DNA of 64,000 nt from Acidimicrobiales bacterium (GTDB lineage: Bacteria; Actinomycetota; Acidimicrobiia; Acidimicrobiales; MedAcidi-G1), in the NCBI GenBank assembly GCA_028823445.1, contig JAPKBH010000008.1:106-64105 (forward strand), read 5' to 3'. The position numbers and the translations under genes are program-made. The notes beneath the pieces were generated by a model. It searched no databases, was not told where the DNA came from, and saw nothing but the letters and a program-made list of their open reading frames with translations. Positions 59,033 to 64,000 of this stretch are shown here, one piece after another (the first letter of the stretch is position 1; each line of letters opens with the position of its first letter).

Positions 59033-59518
59033 TTAGCGGTTCATGTGCGCATTGCCGCTGGAAGGCGGGCGCACGGAGAACGGCAGAGGAAGTTTTTCAA
59101 GCGAACCGCCAGCGGCGGTAATGGCTGCTTCAGCAGAAGCAGACCAAGCATGGGCATGCACGGTCACCGCACGGGTGATTTCACCACGGCCTAAGACCTT
59201 GATGAGTGCGCCTTTGCTTACCAACCCTTGTGCCAACAAGGCTTCGGGGGTGGCTTCGGTAAGCCCTGACTCTTCAAGGGTGTCAAGGTTTACTGCTTGA
59301 TATTCAACACGGAAGGGGTTTTTGAAACCACGCAACTTGGGAATGCGCTGATGCAACGGTTGTTGACCGCCTTCGAAACCAACGCGTACCTTGCTGCGAG
59401 CCCGTTGGCCCTTGGAGCCACGGCCGGCAGTTTTACCGCCCTTGCCGCCGATACCGCGTGCTACCCGTTTGCGGCGTTTGCGCGAACCAGGTGCTGGGGT
59501 GAGATCATGGACCTTCAT
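59033..59518 (-). CDS. rplO: 50S ribosomal protein L15
   Basis: 161 aa. Motifs [33 protein letters not shown] and FEGGQQPL. Confidence 0.97.
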   Translation of the reverse strand: MKVHDLTPAPGSRKRRKRVARGIGGKGGKTAGRGSKGQRARSKVRVGFEGGQQPLHQRIPKLRGFKNPFRVEYQAVNLDTLEESGLTEATPEALLAQGLVSKGALIKVLGRGEITRAVTVHAHAWSASAEAAITAAGGSLEKLPLPFSVRPPSSGNAHMNR

Positions 59519-59707
59519 TTAGTTGACCTCCTCAACCTTGATGAGGTGCGGAACGCGAGCAATCATGCCACGAATTTCGCCTCGATCAGGAAGGGTGTTA
59601 CTTTGACCGATTTTTCCGATGCCCAAAGCGCGCAGGGTGCCCCGCTGTTTGGGTTTAGAACCAATGGCTGACCGCACTTGGGTCACCCGGATTTCTTTTT
59701 CTGCCAT
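59519..59707 (-). CDS. rpmD: 50S ribosomal protein L30
   Basis: 62 aa. Motif IRVTQVRSAIGSKPKQRGTLRALGI. Confidence 0.96.
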   Translation of the reverse strand: MAEKEIRVTQVRSAIGSKPKQRGTLRALGIGKIGQSNTLPDRGEIRGMIARVPHLIKVEEVN

Positions 59708-59709
59708 GA

Positions 59710-60300
59710 CTAGGCTTCCTCGTCTTCGTCATCAGACGATTGGGGTCCGTCGATACCAGCTTCGGTGCGGCGATAAGCCTCCAACAAAGCACCCGGTACG
59801 AACGTTTCTGGGTCCAGGCCTCGCAAACGAGCGATTTCGTCAGGGCGGCGTAGCGCAGCTAAACCAGCAATGGTGGCTCGAGCCACGTTGATGTGGTTAG
59901 GGGAGCCCAATGATTTACACAAAACATCGTGGATGCCTGCTTCTTCCAAAATGGCCCGTGCAGCACCACCAGCGATTACGCCAGTACCTGGAGCGGCGGG
60001 TTGCAAAAGCACTCGTCCAGCGCCAGAAATGCCCAGCACTTTATGCACGATGGTTGAGCCGGCCATAGCCACGGTAGCCAAGTTGCGTTTCGCTTCTTCG
60101 GTACCTTTTTGAATAGCCAACGGCACTTCTTTTGCTTTGCCGTAGCCCAAACCTACTTGGCCAGCACCGTCACCGATTACTACCAAAGCAGTGAAAGAAA
60201 AGCGTCGACCGCCCTTTACTACTTTGGCCACTCGGTTGATGTGAATGACTCGTGATTCACGGAGTCCGGAATCGTCGATTTTAGGGGATTGTGTAGCCAC
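59710..60300 (-). CDS. rpsE: 30S ribosomal protein S5
   Basis: 196 aa. Motifs [16 protein letters not shown] and [14 protein letters not shown]. Acidic C-terminal tail. Confidence 0.97.
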   Translation of the reverse strand: MATQSPKIDDSGLRESRVIHINRVAKVVKGGRRFSFTALVVIGDGAGQVGLGYGKAKEVPLAIQKGTEEAKRNLATVAMAGSTIVHKVLGISGAGRVLLQPAAPGTGVIAGGAARAILEEAGIHDVLCKSLGSPNHINVARATIAGLAALRRPDEIARLRGLDPETFVPGALLEAYRRTEAGIDGPQSSDDEDEEA

Positions 60301-60662
60301 TAGAACTCCAGTCCAGATTGACGAGCGGCGTCGGCCAATGCGGCGACCCGACCGTGATAGATGTAACCGCCACGATCAAATACCACAGTGTCTATTCCTG
60401 CTTCTTTGGCTCGTTCGGCAATGATGCGTCCTACTTCTTGGGCGGCAGCAACTCCGGTGATGCCATCGGCAACCCCAGTTTGTTCGGTGGAGGCCGCTAC
60501 CAAGGTATGTCCAGCCTGGTCGTCAATGACCTGAGCTGAAATGTTGGAAGCCGACCGAAATACCGCCAAACGTGGGCGTTGCGAGGTACCCGAAACGGAT
60601 TTACGAATTCGACGATGGCGACGCAAACGCGCCGCCCGCCGGTCAATAGTTTGTGCGCTCAC
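60300..60662 (-). CDS. rplR: 50S ribosomal protein L18
   Basis: 120 aa. Motifs [23 protein letters not shown] and a C-terminal GLEF. Confidence 0.97.
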   Translation of the reverse strand: MSAQTIDRRAARLRRHRRIRKSVSGTSQRPRLAVFRSASNISAQVIDDQAGHTLVAASTEQTGVADGITGVAAAQEVGRIIAERAKEAGIDTVVFDRGGYIYHGRVAALADAARQSGLEF

Positions 60663-61198
60663 TTGGCTGCCTTTCCGGCCTTGCGGACTACATGCTCACC
60701 GAGGTACCGCACCCCTTTGCCTTTGTAAGGCTCAGGCTTGCGATACGAACGAATATCTGCGGCTACTTGACCGACCAATTGCTTGTCGATGCCCGAGATA
60801 ATGATTCGTGTCGGTTCAGGAATATCAAAGGTGATGCCGCTAGGGGCCTTCACCGCAATGGGGTGGCTAAAACCGAGTTGCAACTCAAGGGCACTATCGC
60901 CTTTGGGAAGCGCACGGTAACCGACGCCAATAATTTGTAGTTCTTTTGAGTAACCCTCGGTTACCCCGATGACCATGTTGTTGATCAACGAACGAGTTAA
61001 CCCGTGAAGCGCACGGTTGGTGCGTTCATCGTCGGGGCGTTCAACAAGAACCTCTTCGCCTTCTTTGCGGACGGTAATGGCGCCGGGTACTTCGATGTCT
61101 AAGGAGCCTTTGGGCCCTTTGACCTCTACCTTGCGACCATCAACACCAACGTCAACCCCTGAAGGGATGACAATGGGGGCTTTACCTATACGTGACAT
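60659..61198 (-). CDS. rplF: 50S ribosomal protein L6
   Basis: 179 aa. Starts [15 protein letters not shown], with [11 protein letters not shown] near the C-terminus. Confidence 0.97.
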   Translation of the reverse strand: MSRIGKAPIVIPSGVDVGVDGRKVEVKGPKGSLDIEVPGAITVRKEGEEVLVERPDDERTNRALHGLTRSLINNMVIGVTEGYSKELQIIGVGYRALPKGDSALELQLGFSHPIAVKAPSGITFDIPEPTRIIISGIDKQLVGQVAADIRSYRKPEPYKGKGVRYLGEHVVRKAGKAAK

Positions 61199-61207
61199 AT
61201 GTTTCTC

Positions 61208-61612
61208 CTACCAGACAAAGCAGAGGACCTCGCCACCCATTCGGCGGCGGCGGGCCTCTCGGTCGCTCATCAGGCCCTTGCTGGTGCTGATCACGGCAAC
61301 GCCGAGACCGCCCAAAACGCGGGGGATTTCAGTGGACTTTGAGTACACCCGTAGACCGGGAGTTGATACTCGTTTTACTCCGCTGATGACCCGTTCACGG
61401 TCTGCGGAGTATTTCATGGTGATAGAGAGTTTCTGGCCGGGGCCTTCGGAGCTATCGGCGACGTCGAAGCCGACGATGTATCCCTCTTCTTTTAGCATGG
61501 TGGCCAGGGCCACTTTTTGTTTAGACGATGGCATGGACACCCCGGCGTGCATCGCCGTATTGGCGTTACGAATGCGGGTGAGCATGTCGGCTACTGGATC
61601 GGTCATTGTCAT
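61208..61612 (-). CDS. rpsH: 30S ribosomal protein S8
   Basis: 134 aa. Motifs [13 protein letters not shown] and GGEVLCFVW. Confidence 0.97.
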   Translation of the reverse strand: MTMTDPVADMLTRIRNANTAMHAGVSMPSSKQKVALATMLKEEGYIVGFDVADSSEGPGQKLSITMKYSADRERVISGVKRVSTPGLRVYSKSTEIPRVLGGLGVAVISTSKGLMSDREARRRRMGGEVLCFVW

Positions 61613-61626
61613 GTCAGTTGCCTCCT

Positions 61627-61812
61627 CTACCAGCTCGACTTAGTAAGCCCAGGGATTTCGCCCTTATGGGCCATTTCCCGCAAGCAAATGCGACACAAGT
61701 TAAAGGCACGGTAAACCGAACGAGCCCGGCCACAGCGGCGACACCGTGTGTAAGCCCGAACTTTAAACTTGGGGGTCTTTTGTTGTTTGTTGACCAGTGC
61801 TTTTTTGGCCAT
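61627..61812 (-). CDS. rpsN: 30S ribosomal protein S14, type Z (zinc-binding)
   Basis: 61 aa, with CRRCGR...CRIC Cys pairs and a C-terminal GLTKSSW. Confidence 0.96.
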   Translation of the reverse strand: MAKKALVNKQQKTPKFKVRAYTRCRRCGRARSVYRAFNLCRICLREMAHKGEIPGLTKSSW

Positions 61813-62381
61813 TACTTCACCTCTTGTCGGAAGGGGAACTTGAACGCATCAAGCAGCGCCCGTCCTTCTTCATCTGTGTTGGCGGACGTCACTATGGTGA
61901 TATCCATTCCTCGGGTTCGATCTATCTTGTCGTAATCCATTTCGGGGAAAATCAATTGTTCAGTTACCCCGAAGGTGTAGTTGCCGTGGCCGTCAAACGA
62001 ACGAGGGTTAAGGCCTCGGAAGTCACGAATACGGGGAATCGCTAGGGTCATCAAACGGTCAAAGAATTCGTACATCCGTTCGCCACGCAAAGTGACCTTG
62101 GTTCCGATGGGCTGACCTTCGCGTAAACGAAAGTTAGAGATCGATACTTTGGCTTTGGTGATCAAAGGCTTTTGGCCTGAGATGGTTGTGAGGTCCGAAA
62201 CAGCACCGTCAATCAACTTGGATTGTTGGGTTGCTTCGCCGACACCCATGTTGATGACAATTTTTGTCAGCTTGGGTACCTGCATAATGTTGACCAGACC
62301 AAGATCGGTTTGTAGTTGTGGGCGAAGTTCTTTTTGAAAACGGTCGCTCAAACGTTCTGCGGTTGTAAGTGCCTCAACCAT
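61812..62381 (-). CDS. rplE: 50S ribosomal protein L5
   Basis: The ATG at 62381 is preceded by AGGAG 9 nt upstream. Motifs [18 protein letters not shown] and [15 protein letters not shown]. The ORF-track GTG at 62423 would overlap rplX by 50 nt. Confidence 0.95.
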   Translation of the reverse strand: MVEALTTAERLSDRFQKELRPQLQTDLGLVNIMQVPKLTKIVINMGVGEATQQSKLIDGAVSDLTTISGQKPLITKAKVSISNFRLREGQPIGTKVTLRGERMYEFFDRLMTLAIPRIRDFRGLNPRSFDGHGNYTFGVTEQLIFPEMDYDKIDRTRGMDITIVTSANTDEEGRALLDAFKFPFRQEVK

Positions 62382-62688
62382 CGAGATCAACTCCTGTTCG
62401 TCGGCATACTCGTACTTTGTCACCGGTGTCGGTGAAGCGGTAACCGATGCGGGTGGGCTGGCCGTCGCTGGGGCTTAATACCGCCACGTTTGACACGTGG
62501 ATAGGCATGGCCTTGTCGATAATGCCGCCCTGCATGGTGGCCGAAGTGGGCTTTTGATGACGCTTGGCCATGTTTACCCCTTCGATGAGTACTTTGTCCT
62601 CAGTAGGGAAAGCTTGCGTAACCGAGCCTTCACGGCCCCGGTCTTTACCCGACAAAACACGTACTTTGTCGCCTTTACGGATTTTCAT
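62374..62688 (-). CDS. rplX: 50S ribosomal protein L24
   Basis: 104 aa. Starts [21 protein letters not shown] (KOW motif). Confidence 0.97.
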   Translation of the reverse strand: MKIRKGDKVRVLSGKDRGREGSVTQAFPTEDKVLIEGVNMAKRHQKPTSATMQGGIIDKAMPIHVSNVAVLSPSDGQPTRIGYRFTDTGDKVRVCRRTGVDLDG

Positions 62689-63057
62689 TTAGAGCACCTC
62701 CGGGGCCAAAGAAACGATGCGCATAAACTTCTTGTCGCGAAGTTCACGACCCACGGGGCCGAAGATTCGGGTACCACGGGGTTGCATTTGGTCGTTAATG
62801 AGCACGGCAGCGTTTTCGTCGAACCGAATGTAAGAACCGTCAGCACGACGGCGTTCTTTTTTAGTACGGACTACTACGCACTTCACTACTTCACCCTTTT
62901 TGACGGCAGCGCCTGGGTTAGCGTCTTTTACGGTCGCCACGAAAACGTCACCAATGCCGGCGTAACGACGGCGTGAGCCACCCAACACCTTGATGCACAG
63001 CACTTCGCGAGCGCCGGAGTTGTCAGCCACCCGAAGGCGGGATTCTTGCTGGATCAT
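62689..63057 (-). CDS. rplN: 50S ribosomal protein L14
   Basis: 122 aa. Starts [28 protein letters not shown]. Confidence 0.98.
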   Translation of the reverse strand: MIQQESRLRVADNSGAREVLCIKVLGGSRRRYAGIGDVFVATVKDANPGAAVKKGEVVKCVVVRTKKERRRADGSYIRFDENAAVLINDQMQPRGTRIFGPVGRELRDKKFMRIVSLAPEVL

Positions 63058-63336
63058 TTACTTAGCCCTCTCCAGAATTTCAAGCAGGCGCCAACGCTTC
63101 AACTTGGAGAGCGGACGGGTTTCTTGTACCCGCACTCGATCGCCAGTCTTTAGTTCGTTGGCTTCATCATGGACATGCAGTTTCTTCGACCGTTGTACCG
63201 TTTTGGAGTAGCGACGGTGCCGTACTCGGTCGGTGATCTTTACTACTGCGGTTTTGTCAGAGCCGTCAGAAACGACAACTCCCTCGCGAATTTTGCGAGC
63301 ATTAAACCGTGCTTCTGTTGTTTCGTTCTCAGCCAT
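63058..63336 (-). CDS. rpsQ: 30S ribosomal protein S17
   Basis: 92 aa. Motifs [14 protein letters not shown] and [23 protein letters not shown]. Confidence 0.96.
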   Translation of the reverse strand: MAENETTEARFNARKIREGVVVSDGSDKTAVVKITDRVRHRRYSKTVQRSKKLHVHDEANELKTGDRVRVQETRPLSKLKRWRLLEILERAK

Positions 63337-63569
63337 TAGTTGGCTACCTCCTGTGTGGCGGCGATTTCTTCTGCCGCGACAATTTCTCGGGCTCGGAGTT
63401 CAGTCATGACCCGAGCAACACTTTTTTTAACCTCACCCAAACGGGAGTAGTTTTCTAACTGGCCGGTGACCAATTGAAAGCGCAGGTTAAAGAGTTCTTC
63501 TTTTGCTTCACTGAGTTGTTCAATGAGATCGGTTTCACCAAGTTCGGCTAACGATTTTTTACGAGCCAT
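63336..63569 (-). CDS. rpmC: 50S ribosomal protein L29
   Basis: 77 aa. Motif [17 protein letters not shown]. Confidence 0.95.
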   Translation of the reverse strand: MARKKSLAELGETDLIEQLSEAKEELFNLRFQLVTGQLENYSRLGEVKKSVARVMTELRAREIVAAEEIAATQEVAN

Positions 63570-63571
63570 GT

Positions 63572-63988
63572 TTAGAAGCCCTCCTCACGCTTAAGGAAGC
63601 GTGCTTTAATGGGCAATTTTTGAATGGCCCGGTCCATAGCCTCACGGGCTACCGTTTCGTCGCTGTAAGACAGTTCGAAAAGTATGCGGCCAGGCTTTAC
63701 CACGGCAACCCAGCCTTCAACGTTGCCCTTACCGGACCCCATGCGGGTTTCGGCGGGTTTTTGCGTTACTGGTTTGTCGGGAAATACGTTGATCCACACT
63801 TTGCCGCCACGTTTGATGTGTCGCGTCATGGCAATACGGGCTGCTTCGATTTGTCGGGCGGTAATCCACCCTGGTTCCAAAGCTTGAATCCCGTATTCAC
63901 CGAAAGTGATTTCGGTCATTCCCTTGCTCAACCCGCGAGTACGACCTCGGTGATGTTTGCGGTGGGCAACTTTTTTAGGCATCAACAT
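63572..63988 (-). CDS. rplP: 50S ribosomal protein L16
   Basis: 138 aa. Starts [16 protein letters not shown], with [17 protein letters not shown]. Confidence 0.97.
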   Translation of the reverse strand: MLMPKKVAHRKHHRGRTRGLSKGMTEITFGEYGIQALEPGWITARQIEAARIAMTRHIKRGGKVWINVFPDKPVTQKPAETRMGSGKGNVEGWVAVVKPGRILFELSYSDETVAREAMDRAIQKLPIKARFLKREEGF

Positions 63989-63990
63989 GA

Positions 63991-64000
63991 TCAGTCACCA
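63991..64000 (-). CDS. rpsC: probable 3' end of 30S ribosomal protein S3 gene (only a few nt in the window)
   Basis: Called only from a minus-strand stop codon (TGA, 63991-63993) just upstream of rplP and from conserved S10-operon order. There is too little sequence to verify. Confidence 0.3.

Noticed and set aside
61017-61643. 208-aa plus-strand ORF antisense to rplF/rpsH
   Set aside because: Shadow ORF opposite ribosomal protein genes. Ser/Thr/Arg-rich with no plausible function.

Overview
This 64 kb window is a gene-dense stretch of core chromosome, moderately GC-rich by eye (not computed). It most likely comes from an Actinomycetota genome. This is inferred from the gene order, which matches the mycobacterial clpC1-lysS-coaX-panC-folKBP-folE-hpt-tilS region, and from F420/LLM, DinB/mycothiol-type, GuaB3 and AftD-like genes. 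A class-level guess of Acidimicrobiia is weak.

About 75 of roughly 79 genes are on the minus strand. In coordinate order the window holds:
- rlmB (partial), ispF, ispD, and a divergent Crp-family regulator
- a DLH hydrolase, radA, a lipoprotein-HAD fusion, clpC, and a polyprenyl synthase (+)
- lysS, coaX, nadC, nadB, panC, folK, folB, a phosphatase-fold ORF, folP, folE, hpt, tilS
- a DUF2342 metalloprotease, tRNA-Thr(CGU), pcrA, an LLM oxidoreductase (+), a DinB-like protein
- guaA, guaB3, a group II PLP decarboxylase, a CoA-type Nudix, and groES-groEL with a CIRCE operator
- tsaD-rimI-tsaB-tsaE, a family 4 UDG, a DmpA peptidase
- an envelope glycan cluster: DUF3524/GTDC1-like GT, a ~1400-aa AftD-like GT-C, a GT4, and a divergent methyltransferase
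- alr, nnr, acpS, a 1133-aa GlmS-like protein, glmM
- rpsI-rplM, truA, the alpha operon (rplQ, rpoA, rpsD, rpsK, rpsM, rpmJ, infA), adk, secY, and the spc/S10 ribosomal genes up to rplP

I saw no mobile elements, CRISPR arrays, defence systems or obvious secondary-metabolite clusters. The items most worth a second look are:
- a GlmS homologue about twice normal size, sitting in the glmS slot
- a bacterial homologue of the GTDC1/QTMAN-type glycosyltransferase, coupled to an AftD-like enzyme
- a Cys-less phosphatase-fold protein embedded in the folate operon
- an LppM-like lipoprotein fused across the membrane to a HAD phosphatase
- a 4 x 15 bp tandem repeat between nadC and coaX

All homology calls rest on motif recognition by eye. 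Start codons are best guesses, because the ORF track also uses GTG/TTG starts and reports the longest ORF.
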